Source of the DNA: Nitrospinae bacterium AH_259_B05_G02_I21
GTDB lineage: Bacteria > JADFOP01
Direction: 5' to 3'
DNA length: 64,000 nucleotides
Assembly: GCA_027717595.1 (NCBI GenBank)
Contig: JALLOF010000002.1
Span: 29,324 to 93,323, forward strand
The notes under the pieces are model-generated. The model made no database searches. It had not been told where the DNA came from and saw only the letters and a list, made by a program, of their open reading frames with translations. A program made the position numbers and the translations under genes. This document shows, piece by piece, positions 37,598 through 47,055 of this stretch; within the stretch, counting starts at the first letter, position 1; each line of letters begins with the position of its first letter.

Positions 37598-38605
37598 TTA
37601 ACGCCATTCCATTGCGAGAACCTTCATGACTGATGGGGTGGGGTCGTGCGGCAGCTCGGGAGTCAGAGCCTTGGCCTCGGCAGTCCTGCCCGCCTTCCAG
37701 TAGGCCCACGCTAGATACCTGCGGAGTCGCCACGAGACCGCCTCGGTCTGATTCCGGTCCGTGATTGACGCTGCTTTGGTCAAGGCCGGCTCCAATGTGG
37801 AGATGGCCCGCTCAGGCCTTCCCGCCCAAATGTTCAGCAGGGCCCGGTAGAAGAGCGCGTCTCCAGCATTCGTAAAACGACCTACCTCCTTCACAAGGCG
37901 TTCAGCCTCCACCATATCTTGCCGCTTCGCCGCAATGAGCATCAGCCCTAGGTAGGCACGGTGATCGGCGGGATCCGAGGAGAGGTATTGCTTCAAGATG
38001 ACCTCCGCCCGACGGATGTCACCCTCGTTGAGCAGGAGAAACCCCTTGTAGATGAGCATATCAATCCAGAACTTGCCGGGTTCTAGGCCGAAGGGCCATC
38101 TCAGGAGCCGGTGGACCGTTTCGAACTCCTGTAGGGCAAGAGAATAATCGCCTCTTTCAAGCGCGAAGGTGCCCAACTGGTAGTGAGCCTCAATATGGTC
38201 CGGCGCCTTGCGAAGAACCTCACGAAAATGGTGCTCACGTTTTTCCAACAGCCCCATCACTCGGTAGACTTCAGCCAGCCCCACATGGGCCTGGGTAAGT
38301 GTGGGGTCAATCTCCAGGGCCTTGAGGAAGAGGGGCTCCGCTCGGACCGGGTTCTTTTGGAAGTGTGAGATTCGGTAGCCTTCTTCATAGAGCCTGTGGG
38401 CTTCTTCGCGGCGACTGCAGCCAACCAGCAGCGGTGCAGCTACTAGGGTGATGGCCACAAGGCCCACTAAACACTGTTGGACACTAAGCGGTATGCGGAA
38501 AAGGCTTGACGTCATGGGGACACCTTGGGAGGGGTCCTGAGGTCCCCGGCCGGCAACACTTCGGCGGCTGGTGTCCGCAAATGGTGCCATCATGCGCATT
38601 GCCAC
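37598..38605 (-). CDS. TPR-repeat lipoprotein
   Basis: Signal/lipobox-like LLVGCS near the N-terminus (probable start at MTSSLFR); multiple TPR-like repeats (AHYQLGTFALERGDY, ALQEFETV...). Confidence 0.6.
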   Translation of the reverse strand: MAMRMMAPFADTSRRSVAGRGPQDPSQGVPMTSSLFRIPLSVQQCLVGLVAITLVAAPLLVGCSRREEAHRLYEEGYRISHFQKNPVRAEPLFLKALEIDPTLTQAHVGLAEVYRVMGLLEKREHHFREVLRKAPDHIEAHYQLGTFALERGDYSLALQEFETVHRLLRWPFGLEPGKFWIDMLIYKGFLLLNEGDIRRAEVILKQYLSSDPADHRAYLGLMLIAAKRQDMVEAERLVKEVGRFTNAGDALFYRALLNIWAGRPERAISTLEPALTKAASITDRNQTEAVSWRLRRYLAWAYWKAGRTAEAKALTPELPHDPTPSVMKVLAMEWR

Positions 38606-38623
38606 CCACAGAGGAATAGTATC

Positions 38624-39874
38624 CTATTGGTCATTTGAAGTTAAAGAGGGGTTTCGAGCTTGCATCATGGCGGATATCCGCTCGGGGGCATCTGAATATA
38701 GAGGGCTTGCAAGACTATAATACTTTATTGCTTCGACTTCGTCTCTAAGAAACTCCGCTGCTCGTCCTAGATAATAATGTGCAACCGGCTTCCATCCCGA
38801 AGAAGGGTTGTTATCTATGAATTCCGAAAGTAATCGGCGTCCACGATTGGAGTCCCCTTGCTTGACCTCCAAGATGCCCCAGAAGAGCCGGGCACGCGGG
38901 GCCATCTCACTCCGCGGATAATTTTGGACAATCTCCACGTAAGCCTTCCTTGCCAAACGAACGCGTCCGTATAAGTGATAGTTTCTAGCTTTGTAAAACC
39001 AGAGGAGATCAGGCCGCTCTCGCACTGCGAACCGCCGGGGCCGAGTTACCGACCCATCGATTTCGGTTAGGCTAGCCAACGTTGGCCCTAACCGAGCGAG
39101 GTAGTAGTCCTGAACGCTATTGGCCAAACCTGCCCCAAACCAACTAATCCCCAAACGAATACCTTGATTGACTAGCCTTCGAGAGATACTTGCGTTCTTC
39201 TTATCCAGCAAGGATTCCCAAACCTCAGGTGCCTTGGATCCCTCAGCCGGAAACATCGACCTATACCAAGCAATGCGGTTCTCCCGTATGTCTTTTTCAA
39301 TCTGTTGCAGCCGAGGCTGTTGATCGATAATGGAAGAATCTCGTGAAAGTTCTGTCAAAGTAACAGGTAACATAGAAGGGCTTCTGCGAAATGCAAAACC
39401 CAACAAAGGATCATAGACTCTCCAGGCACCATGGTGTTTCACCAATAAAAGGGTGTGGGGTGAGGATCCAATATCGTTGCGCATCATGGCCATTTTTGCA
39501 GCGACCCCTTTTTTGGCTAAGAGGGTAGCCGTCGTCCAGTCTGCTTGGTCGCACCACCCGACACCCCGGACCAAGTCATTCCAAGAAGTCTTGTCGATGA
39601 TTTCCTCTCCAGGTATCGGAGAGAGTTGTTCATGCACATATTTCATCACTCGCTTTGCTGCTACGGCTGCACTGTCATCCTTCCCGACTAACCGATCTGT
39701 GATCCACTGATAGCTGATTTCCCGGTACAGATAGGATCGAATCCCCGCACGAAATTCCAAGATAGCCATCAGGCCTAACACTCCCAAAAGGGCTCCAACG
39801 AATATTAGCACAGTCACCAGAAGTGTCAGCCGACGTAGTCTAGACGAAGTTGCGATCGGATTATTCAACATCAA
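38624..39874 (-). CDS. membrane-anchored transglutaminase-like (Cys-His-Asp) domain protein with C-terminal TPR-like region
   Basis: N-terminal TM; GVGWCDQADW (Cys), HTLLLVKHHGAWRVYDP (His/Asp); C-terminal helical repeats. Visibly AT-richer than the flanks. Confidence 0.6.
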   Translation of the reverse strand: MMLNNPIATSSRLRRLTLLVTVLIFVGALLGVLGLMAILEFRAGIRSYLYREISYQWITDRLVGKDDSAAVAAKRVMKYVHEQLSPIPGEEIIDKTSWNDLVRGVGWCDQADWTTATLLAKKGVAAKMAMMRNDIGSSPHTLLLVKHHGAWRVYDPLLGFAFRRSPSMLPVTLTELSRDSSIIDQQPRLQQIEKDIRENRIAWYRSMFPAEGSKAPEVWESLLDKKNASISRRLVNQGIRLGISWFGAGLANSVQDYYLARLGPTLASLTEIDGSVTRPRRFAVRERPDLLWFYKARNYHLYGRVRLARKAYVEIVQNYPRSEMAPRARLFWGILEVKQGDSNRGRRLLSEFIDNNPSSGWKPVAHYYLGRAAEFLRDEVEAIKYYSLASPLYSDAPERISAMMQARNPSLTSNDQ

Positions 39875-40194
39875 GCTCCTATAGGCCTTGGATACTCAAA
39901 ATTGTGTCCTCCACGGTCCTTCAACCAATCTCCGCGTAACCAAGAACACCAAAGTCCCCTTTTTCTACTCTTTCCCGCCTCCTTCTTCCTCTTTGCGGCC
40001 CTCTCATGCGCCCTGTGCGACAGATAGAGCCTGTAAGAGGGCGAGGAGTTCCTTCTCAACTCCCTCGATATGGTGCTCTTGGCACGTCCCAACGCCTCGG
40101 CAATCTCTCCCAGGCCGTCTCCTGATGCCCTCATCTCCGTTATCCTGTCCCTCTCCTCAAGACTCAGATGCCTGTATCTTCTCTCCATGAACAC
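39871..40194 (-). mobile_element. IS30-family transposase N-terminal (HTH) remnant, truncated
   Basis: RHLSLEERDRITEMRASGDGLGEIAEALGRAKSTISRELRRN matches the conserved N-terminal HTH of IS30 transposases. The ORF ends after 107 aa and no DDE catalytic domain follows. Confidence 0.6.
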
Positions 40195-40460
40195 TCAGAG
40201 TACCAGCCTCCCGGCCGCTTCCCCAAGTGTTGCACTTCCTCATTGAATCCACGATATCAAATACTAGAGGGAAAAGAAACCTTGTTGTAGACAACTCCTT
40301 CTTAAATAAGGCTTCAGGCCGAGGCCTATGGTAACGCATCAATAACCACTAACCATGCATAAGCAACCATCGTGATGACGGACGGTTGCCTAACGACAAA
40401 GGCAACTATAGCGTCTTTGGTTGGTCATTGGACCGCTCAAGGAACAACCCTGCTTTCCGA

Positions 40461-40490
40461 TTGACATGCTCTCAAGCTCTTTTGTATGAT
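40461..40490 (+). promoter_or_regulatory. sigma70-like promoter candidate (TTGACA-N18-TATGAT) for the first SDR gene
   Basis: TTGACA at 40461..40466 and TATGAT at 40485..40490; GGGAGA SD and the ATG at 40528 follow. Confidence 0.4.
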
Positions 40491-40527
40491 TGCCGCCCCA
40501 CAATCTCGCAAATCAGGGAGAACCTGC

Positions 40528-41568
40528 ATGAAGATTCTCGTAACCGGAGGAGCGGGTTTCATTGGCGTGAACACGGCTAAGGGCCTGCTAGAGGCAAAGC
40601 ACGATGTGGTAGTGCTGGACAACTGCTCGCGGCTTGGGGCTGAGGAGAACCTCGCCTGGCTCCAGGACCTCGGGGCGGTGGCCATTCACCGGGTCGATCT
40701 GCGCCACTGGGAGGCCCTACAGGCCGTCTTTGCCGAGCACGACGACCTGGCCGGGGTCATTCACCTTGCCGGGCAGGTGGCCGTGACTTCGAGCGTGGCT
40801 GACCCCCGCGAGGACTTCGAGTCCAACGCCCTCGGCACCTTCAACGTGCTAGAAGCCCTCCGGCTCCTCGACGGCGGCCAAGGCAGGCGCTTTTGCCTCT
40901 ACTCCTCAACCAACAAGGTCTATGGGACCCTGGATAGTATGGCGGTGAAGAAAGGGAAACACCGGTACGCTTACCGCGACCATCCCTTGGGCGTTGATGA
41001 GTCCGCCCCGCTTGACTTCCACTCTCCATACGGCTGCTCCAAGGGGGCGGCCGACCAGTATGTACGGGACTACGCCCGAGTGTTCGGCGTGCCAACGGTG
41101 GTGCTGCGCCAATCGTGCATCTATGGACCGCGCCAGTTTGGTGTTGAGGACCAAGGCTGGGTCGCTTGGTTCACCATCGCGGCGGTCTTGGGTAAGCCCA
41201 TCACCATCTTCGGCGATGGCAAGCAAGTGCGTGACGTTCTCCACGTAGACGATCTGGTGAAGCTCTTTCTCCGCTGCATTGAGGCAATACCCGCCTGCGC
41301 TGGCCGCATTTTCAACGTGGGCGGGGGCCCGGACCACACCCTTTCACTCCTAGAGCTCATTTCCCTGCTGGAGAAACGATTGGGAACCTCGATGCCCCTC
41401 ACCTTTGTCGACTGGCGTCCGGGCGACCAGCGTATCTATGTGAGCGACATTCGCCGGGCCCAGAAGGAGCTCGACTGGAAACCAACCATCGGAGTTTCGG
41501 AAGGCATCGAGCACTTGTGTTGCTGGGTCGTCGAGAACCAGCGCCTCCTAGAACAGCTCCTATCATGA
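40528..41568 (+). CDS. NAD-dependent sugar epimerase/dehydratase (extended SDR; CDP-tyvelose/paratose 2-epimerase-like)
   Basis: MKILVTGGAGFIGVN (GxxGxxG Rossmann), YxxxK region (SPYGCSKGAADQY), 346 aa. Start taken at the ATG at 40528, preceded by an SD. Confidence 0.8.
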   Translation: MKILVTGGAGFIGVNTAKGLLEAKHDVVVLDNCSRLGAEENLAWLQDLGAVAIHRVDLRHWEALQAVFAEHDDLAGVIHLAGQVAVTSSVADPREDFESNALGTFNVLEALRLLDGGQGRRFCLYSSTNKVYGTLDSMAVKKGKHRYAYRDHPLGVDESAPLDFHSPYGCSKGAADQYVRDYARVFGVPTVVLRQSCIYGPRQFGVEDQGWVAWFTIAAVLGKPITIFGDGKQVRDVLHVDDLVKLFLRCIEAIPACAGRIFNVGGGPDHTLSLLELISLLEKRLGTSMPLTFVDWRPGDQRIYVSDIRRAQKELDWKPTIGVSEGIEHLCCWVVENQRLLEQLLS

Positions 41569-41700
41569 CGGAGTGGTACCCCTGGCAACCCCTTTCCCAA
41601 TCACAATAGTTCTCGACCCCTGCTGCTGTTCTTCCCTCTGCTGGCAATCTACATCGGCGTGGTCCTTGAGGCGCCCGACTTGTACCCAACCGCTTCAAAC

Positions 41701-41738
41701 TTCCTGTAAAAGTAACTTCCTGTAAAAGTAACTTCCTG
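41701..41738. repeat. 16-bp tandem direct repeat (TTCCTGTAAAAGTAAC) x2 plus a partial third copy in the intergenic region between the two SDR genes
   Basis: Read directly: 41701..41716, 41717..41732, then ttcctg 41733..41738. Confidence 0.5.
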
Positions 41739-41890
41739 CGCAGTGCCATTTTTTTCGCCCTCCTGCCCTTCCGTTACGGCTTTCAGTATGTCCTCGTGAA
41801 TGCGGCTTATCTCTGGCCAGCTACCAGGGAGAAGCGGGCCCTGTTCAAAATACTCGAAGAGTTGCTAAACGAACCCGAGCCACTTCACCG

Positions 41891-41918
41891 TTGACTCACA
41901 AAGTGAGACCGCTACAAT
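41891..41918 (+). promoter_or_regulatory. sigma70-like promoter candidate TTGACT-N16-TACAAT with embedded palindrome CTCAC-aaa-GTGAG
   Basis: TTGACT 41891..41896, TACAAT 41913..41918; inverted repeat 41895..41907 inside the spacer; SD GAAGGAGGA 41936..41944; ATG 41953. Confidence 0.45.
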
Positions 41919-41952
41919 AGGCCGGGTTCCAACCTGAAGGAGGAAGCTATCC

Positions 41953-43089
41953 ATGGCATCCACCATCCTTGTTACCGGTGGAGCAGGTTTTATCGGCTCC
42001 CATCTTGTTGATGGCCTCCTGGAGCGCGGCGAGGCTGTTCGGGTTCTTGACATACTCGATCCCCAGGTTCACCCCAGCGGCTCCCTGCCCTCCTACATTC
42101 AGGGCCATGTGGATACCGGTCGTGTCGAGCTCCATGTGGGGGATGTGCGGGACCGTCCCACCTGGCGGAAGGCCCTGGATGGCGTTCGAGTAGTTGTTCA
42201 TCTCGCGGCAGCCGTCGGCGTGGGCCAAAGCATGTACGAAGTGGCCCGGTATGTAGAGATCAATACTCAAGGCACGGCAATCCTGCTTGACATTCTCGCG
42301 AACGAGGCCCACAGGGTGGAAAAGCTTATCGTGGCAAGCTCCATGTCTATCTACGGCGAGGGCTCCTCTACTTGCCCTGAGTGTGGGCCGTTCGTTCCAG
42401 AAATAAGGGAAGAAAAACAGTTACAGAAGGGTGACTATGAGGTCCATTGCCCTTCATGCGGTTCGTTGGCCAATCCCGCCCCAACGCCTGAGACAAAGCC
42501 TCCTGTGCCTACTTCCGTATACGCTGTCTCCAAAAGGGATCAGGAAGAGTTGTGCCTCACCATCGGTCGTGCTTATGATATCCCGACGGTGGCACTCCGT
42601 TATTTCAACGTATATGGACCCCGTCAGGCCCTAACGAACCCTTATGCTGGAGTGGCGGCCATATTTTCCTCACGTCTCCTCAATAACAACTCTCCTCTAA
42701 TCTTCGAGGACGGCGACCAGACTCGGGACTTCATCCACATCTCCGATATAGTACAGGCCAACCTTCTGGCCATGGATTGCTCCGAAGCAGCTGGCCAGGC
42801 ACTCAACATAGGAACCGGTCGACCAACGAGCGTCGCCCAGCTCGCAGGCCACATAGCCCAAGCCTTAGGTTCTGACATCGCCCCAACCGTTGTCGGTAAA
42901 TATCGCTCCGGCGACATCCGTCACTGCGTTGCCGATATCAGTCGAGCTAGGGAGGTGCTCGGCTTTGAGCCCCGCGTGCCCCTAGCCAATGGCGTCTCCG
43001 ACCTCGTGGACTGGGTTAGACAACAGGAGGCCGAAGACCGGGTCGATATCGCCGCCCGCGAGTTAGAGCAGAAGGGGCTTACCCGATAA
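41953..43089 (+). CDS. NAD-dependent sugar epimerase/dehydratase (extended SDR) with a zinc-ribbon insertion
   Basis: ILVTGGAGFIGSHL Rossmann; SVYAVSKRDQE (YxxxK); unusual insert CPECGPF...HCPSCGS (CxxC...CxxC) between the catalytic Ser region and the YxxxK. Confidence 0.8.
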   Translation: MASTILVTGGAGFIGSHLVDGLLERGEAVRVLDILDPQVHPSGSLPSYIQGHVDTGRVELHVGDVRDRPTWRKALDGVRVVVHLAAAVGVGQSMYEVARYVEINTQGTAILLDILANEAHRVEKLIVASSMSIYGEGSSTCPECGPFVPEIREEKQLQKGDYEVHCPSCGSLANPAPTPETKPPVPTSVYAVSKRDQEELCLTIGRAYDIPTVALRYFNVYGPRQALTNPYAGVAAIFSSRLLNNNSPLIFEDGDQTRDFIHISDIVQANLLAMDCSEAAGQALNIGTGRPTSVAQLAGHIAQALGSDIAPTVVGKYRSGDIRHCVADISRAREVLGFEPRVPLANGVSDLVDWVRQQEAEDRVDIAARELEQKGLTR

Positions 43090-43091
43090 AG

Positions 43092-45560
43092 GTGAGGAGG
43101 ACCGCCTCGTCAATGGCGTACGCCACCAGATATCGCGCCCTCTTTTTCTTCCTGGCGCTGCTCGTCTTGATAGCGCTGCCGTCCCGCCCCGTGGGCGTGG
43201 CCGACGGGCTGCCGGCCGACCACCCCCTCGACCTGTGGATCGTGCTGGTGCTTGTCGGGGGGTTTTTCGTCCTTCCCTGGCGGATCGAGCGGCACCGGGC
43301 CACGCGGCTGGCTCTGGCCCTGCTCGCCGTGGCATTAGGCAAGCTCGCTCTGGCCACCACCAGCCTCCCCCACGGCCTCGTGGCCCGCTACTACGCCAAC
43401 GCCGAGCTCAAGGGACCACCTGAGGCCTCCATAAAGTACCGCCTGGACGGAGCCACACGAATAGACCGCTCCCTCGATTTCGCATCCGTGGGTTTCGCCT
43501 GGGGTGCCACGCCCTTCCCCCTCTGGTTCTTCAACGACTCCCGCCGCTTCAACTTCTACAAGCCAGAGGAGCCCGACCGACGGCACCTGCCCTTCAGCGT
43601 GCGGTGGGACGGCTTCATCAGGGCCCCCACGACGGAGCCCTTCACCTGGAGGCTCCTCGCCGAGCAGGAGGCGAGCTTAAGCCTCCTCGGCCAGCCCATC
43701 GTCTCAACGACCGAGGGCGCACCAGAGGCCGCCGTCGCCCTCACGCCCGGCTGGCATCCCATAAGCGTAACCTACGCATACAGAGGCCAGGGCCCCCGGA
43801 GCCTGAGGCTTGAATGGGAAGGAAACGGCGCCTTTCGTCCCGTCCCTCCTTCAGCCCTGCTTCCCTTCCGTCCCTCGCCCGCCCAAGACCGATGGGACGA
43901 GCTTATCGTGATGCCCGGATGGATTCTCTTTTTCCTCCAGTTTCTAGTGGTAGGCTGGATTTTGTTAGAGGGTTTGTGGGGAGAGCCGAGCGAGAAGTTC
44001 CTTGCCGAGCGGACGGCCGTCTACCTGATGGTTGTAGTGATGGTCGCCGTCGGGACCATCTCGCTCTCTAAGCGGGGCCGGGCGCCGGAGTGGAACTTCT
44101 TAAACGGAGGAGACGACCCCCTCACCTACGAGACGGCAGCCAGACAGATTCTGCTAGAGAAAGACCTTCTAAACCGAATGATACCGAATAAACCCTTTTA
44201 CTTCATGGTGGGTTACCGCTACTTCCTGGCTGGAGCCCATGCCGTACTCGGCGAAAGCAAGGCCATGATCGTCCTGACACACTACATTCTGCTGGCAGTG
44301 GCCTGCGCCCTGCTCTACGGCTTGATTCGTTGCCTGGCTCCTCCCGGACCAGCCTTCTTTGCTTCCGCCCTTCTCTTTGCCGGCCAGGCCCACGGAACAG
44401 TCTACCGCTGGGCTACCGAGCTCTTCCCGACCATACTGGGCCTCGTCCTCATCGGGGCAGTCCTGCTCGGCCTCTCTCGCTGGGAAAAGAAACCCACTCT
44501 CTGGGGCGCAGCGGGAATCGGCGCCCTGGCAGGCCTCGCCACCATTGTGAGACCCAACATCTTGGCTTTCCTTCCCTTCGCCATCCTGTGGATGGTACTG
44601 GCACCACCCCTCCCTAGGGCTAAGCGGTGGCAAGGGGCGGCGGTTGCCCTTCTGGCAATGACCTTAACCATTGCACCGGTGACCTGGCGCAACTGGCATG
44701 TCTCAGGCCGCTTTGTCCTCCTCGTAGAGAGCGGTCCCACCATGCTTCTGCAGGGCAATAGCCCCCCACCCTCTGTGGACCTCTCGAGGGCTGTGACTTC
44801 GAGGAGCCTTAAGATTACATTGCGGCGAAGCCCCATTGGGCGGCCTGAGAAACACGAGAAGGCGCTGAGGGATCTATTCTATGACCCTACGGAGGAGAAG
44901 TTCCACCAGACAGTCATTAGAGAAGATACGCGTGAGATACGGGGGATGGTCAACAAGGTAATCCACATGGTTGATGTGGAGGTGTTAGACCCAGATCCTT
45001 CCTACGAGCAGTGGAACCTAAAACACCAAACCCGAGTTGTCCTGGAGTACCTCCGCCAGCAGCCTTGGGCCTTCCTTAAAGGGCTCGGTTGCAAGCTCCT
45101 CACAACCCTCGGAATCAGAAGCCCTTTCGTTCCCTCCCTCCTCCTGCTACACATAGGCTATATCGTTGGGGCCTTTCTTCTCTGGCGGGCAGATGTTGCT
45201 AGACGGCTGTCTATCCTACTACATAGCTTCGTTCTGTCCCAATGGTCGGTCCTGGTCATTTTAAAGCCCGGACCTCACTTGCCCAAAACCCAGTTGCCCA
45301 CCTTTATTGTGGCCTTTTCCTTTGCCGCCCTTCTTATCGTCTCGTGGATGTACGCCGCCGTCGAAGGCCACCCTCCACCAGGGTTCCTGCCACGAGGCCA
45401 GAGGTGGGGCCCCATTACACGCTTCCTCGGCGGAGCGGCAGCCCTGGGGTTGCTGGCAGCGATTACCTACCCACCACGCCTGCCTTTTCTTATCCCCTTG
45501 CTATTCGGGGTCATCTGGATGCTTCGCCGGAATCAACGCCCCCAGCTTCTTTCTCCATGA
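43092..45560 (+). CDS. PA14-like domain / GT-C fold membrane glycosyltransferase fusion protein (paralog 1 of 3)
   Basis: N-terminal TM helices; then the PA14-like pattern GLVARYYAN...FSVRWDGFIRAPTTEPFTWRL...SLSLLGQPIV...HPISVTYAY...LRLEW; then ~13 TM with the loop motif NGGDDPLTYETAARQ and a large second periplasmic loop. The ATG at 43113 (MAYATRYR), preceded by GAGGAGG, is the likelier start. Confidence 0.6.
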   Translation: MRRTASSMAYATRYRALFFFLALLVLIALPSRPVGVADGLPADHPLDLWIVLVLVGGFFVLPWRIERHRATRLALALLAVALGKLALATTSLPHGLVARYYANAELKGPPEASIKYRLDGATRIDRSLDFASVGFAWGATPFPLWFFNDSRRFNFYKPEEPDRRHLPFSVRWDGFIRAPTTEPFTWRLLAEQEASLSLLGQPIVSTTEGAPEAAVALTPGWHPISVTYAYRGQGPRSLRLEWEGNGAFRPVPPSALLPFRPSPAQDRWDELIVMPGWILFFLQFLVVGWILLEGLWGEPSEKFLAERTAVYLMVVVMVAVGTISLSKRGRAPEWNFLNGGDDPLTYETAARQILLEKDLLNRMIPNKPFYFMVGYRYFLAGAHAVLGESKAMIVLTHYILLAVACALLYGLIRCLAPPGPAFFASALLFAGQAHGTVYRWATELFPTILGLVLIGAVLLGLSRWEKKPTLWGAAGIGALAGLATIVRPNILAFLPFAILWMVLAPPLPRAKRWQGAAVALLAMTLTIAPVTWRNWHVSGRFVLLVESGPTMLLQGNSPPPSVDLSRAVTSRSLKITLRRSPIGRPEKHEKALRDLFYDPTEEKFHQTVIREDTREIRGMVNKVIHMVDVEVLDPDPSYEQWNLKHQTRVVLEYLRQQPWAFLKGLGCKLLTTLGIRSPFVPSLLLLHIGYIVGAFLLWRADVARRLSILLHSFVLSQWSVLVILKPGPHLPKTQLPTFIVAFSFAALLIVSWMYAAVEGHPPPGFLPRGQRWGPITRFLGGAAALGLLAAITYPPRLPFLIPLLFGVIWMLRRNQRPQLLSP

Positions 45561-45700
45561 CGGTTTCTAATGCCTGTCCCCGAGGGGACCAAGGTGGCCG
45601 AAGAGGGGTACTAGTATGATGACCGTTTTCTTGCTGGTGCCCTCGCGCGACGACCCCTCGAGGTATAGGGGCAACGGTGCAAGAGGAGAGATCCTCAAGG

Positions 45701-45992
45701 CGCCTCAGGGCCTGGCGAGACCTCAGCCCTCGCAAGAGCCTTGAGATTAATTCGTCGACCCGCCATGATCGATTCGGCCAAGAGACACCCGAGGCCCACA
45801 AAAACGATGGTCGTGAAGGTAGTGGCGTGGAGTGCAAAGGCTGCCGAGAGGGCCTGGGCACGGGGCAATCCATAAAGGAGAAACCCGCCCATGGCAGCGG
45901 CGTGGAAGGTCCCGACGAATCCGGGTGCCGAGGGCAGGGCGACCCCAAGGACTAGCAAGATCTGAAGGACGATGGCCGCCGAGAGCGGGAGG
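45701..45992. repeat. ~290-bp imperfect direct repeat: displaced copy of the 3' end of the flippase-like gene 51093..52145 (partner repeat 51099..51390)
   Basis: DNA identity of roughly 90% by eye over ~290 bp. The fragment translates to ...APGFVGTFHAAAMGG.LLYGLPRAQALSAAFALHAT.FTTIVFVGLGCLLAES..GRR..LKALARAEVSPGPEA, matching the C-terminus of the intact gene. Confidence 0.6.
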
Positions 45993-46172
45993 TGGCCTGA
46001 GATGCAACCATGGGTCGCTCCGAAAAATCAACTAAGAATGGCATTGACCCAGGCTTTAAGAAAGTAACGTTTAAGACAAGAAAGGCTTGGGGCCTTAGTC
46101 GCAAGGCAGGTTTCTCAGAACCGAAGGGTTATCTCATCCAAAATGCCCCTTATGAGCTAAGTCGCAGATCTA

Positions 46173-46487
46173 TTATGATTTCACTTTTGGAAATCTACTA
46201 AGTAACGATTTTGCAAAGCTCAGGCTCCCTGAGGCACCTTCCGTTGCTTCCAGCTTTATCAATCTTCGCTCTACTTGCTCGTGACAAGCCCAGCATAGCG
46301 TGATTAGGTTATCGATGTGGTCGGACCCGCCTTGGGATCGCTTAACTAGGTGATGGACGGTCAAGTTCCTCGGGCTTCGGCAGTAGGGATTCCGACACCG
46401 CCAGCGGTCACGTTGAAAGACTTTGGTCCGCAACCGTGCGAAGGCCTCCTTCTTTAGCCGCACTCGTCTCTTCTTCCACAGGCTCAT
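46173..46487 (-). CDS. HNH endonuclease
   Basis: CRNPYCRSPRNLTVHHLVKRSQGGSDHIDNLITLCWACH (HNH motif with flanking Cys pairs), 104 aa. Confidence 0.75.
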   Translation of the reverse strand: MSLWKKRRVRLKKEAFARLRTKVFQRDRWRCRNPYCRSPRNLTVHHLVKRSQGGSDHIDNLITLCWACHEQVERRLIKLEATEGASGSLSFAKSLLSRFPKVKS

Positions 46488-47016
46488 AGGTTGCTAAGAA
46501 CTCCGCCGCGATCATCTCGGCCTGATAGCCTCGACTCTCCGAGCCCGTCATCAGGCCAGCTAACTCAAGGGCCCTCTCAAACACCTCCCGTTGGGCCTGA
46601 TAGAAATAGACGGTGAAGGGCTTGGCCGCCTCTTCGTCCTTATTGCCTCGAATTAGCGTCTGAAGCTCCTGGGTAGTGAGCTGCTCGGCCCTGGCTAGCC
46701 ATACCGTCAAGTCCTCAGGTGTGGCTACCCTTACCACTTCCTTCATCTTGGTCCATCCGATTCGGCGCAGTTTCTTGGGGGGAATATTGAGTTCATTAAC
46801 CTTCTCCCAGATGGCTATCAGGTAAAAGGCCTTGCGGACACCGAACTCCAGGGTCTCTTGAAGGTAATCCTCAAAATGATCGTAACCGAGTTTTAGGTAA
46901 TGCTGGTGGTGGAAGATTTCTCTAAGCAGGCCCCCTAGCTCGTAGTAACACTCATCCAGCCGGGCCTTGAGCCGTACAATCCTATGGTGGATCTTCAAAT
47001 GCTCTGTTCGGGCCAC
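46408..47016 (-). CDS. hypothetical phage-associated protein
   Basis: 202 aa ORF co-oriented with the HNH and nuclease genes; no assignable motif. Confidence 0.4.
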   Translation of the reverse strand: MARTEHLKIHHRIVRLKARLDECYYELGGLLREIFHHQHYLKLGYDHFEDYLQETLEFGVRKAFYLIAIWEKVNELNIPPKKLRRIGWTKMKEVVRVATPEDLTVWLARAEQLTTQELQTLIRGNKDEEAAKPFTVYFYQAQREVFERALELAGLMTGSESRGYQAEMIAAEFLATYEPVEEETSAAKEGGLRTVADQSLST

Positions 47017-47055
47017 TGCAATTAATTGCAGCCGAGGCGCTGGTGAGTGAAGGAA

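Noticed and set aside
28633-41738. Short tandem repeats (18-bp x2 at 28633; 16-bp x2.4 at 41701) considered as a CRISPR array
   Set aside because: Only two contiguous copies with no spacers. There are no cas genes other than a lone Cas4-like nuclease in a phage context. These are not CRISPR.
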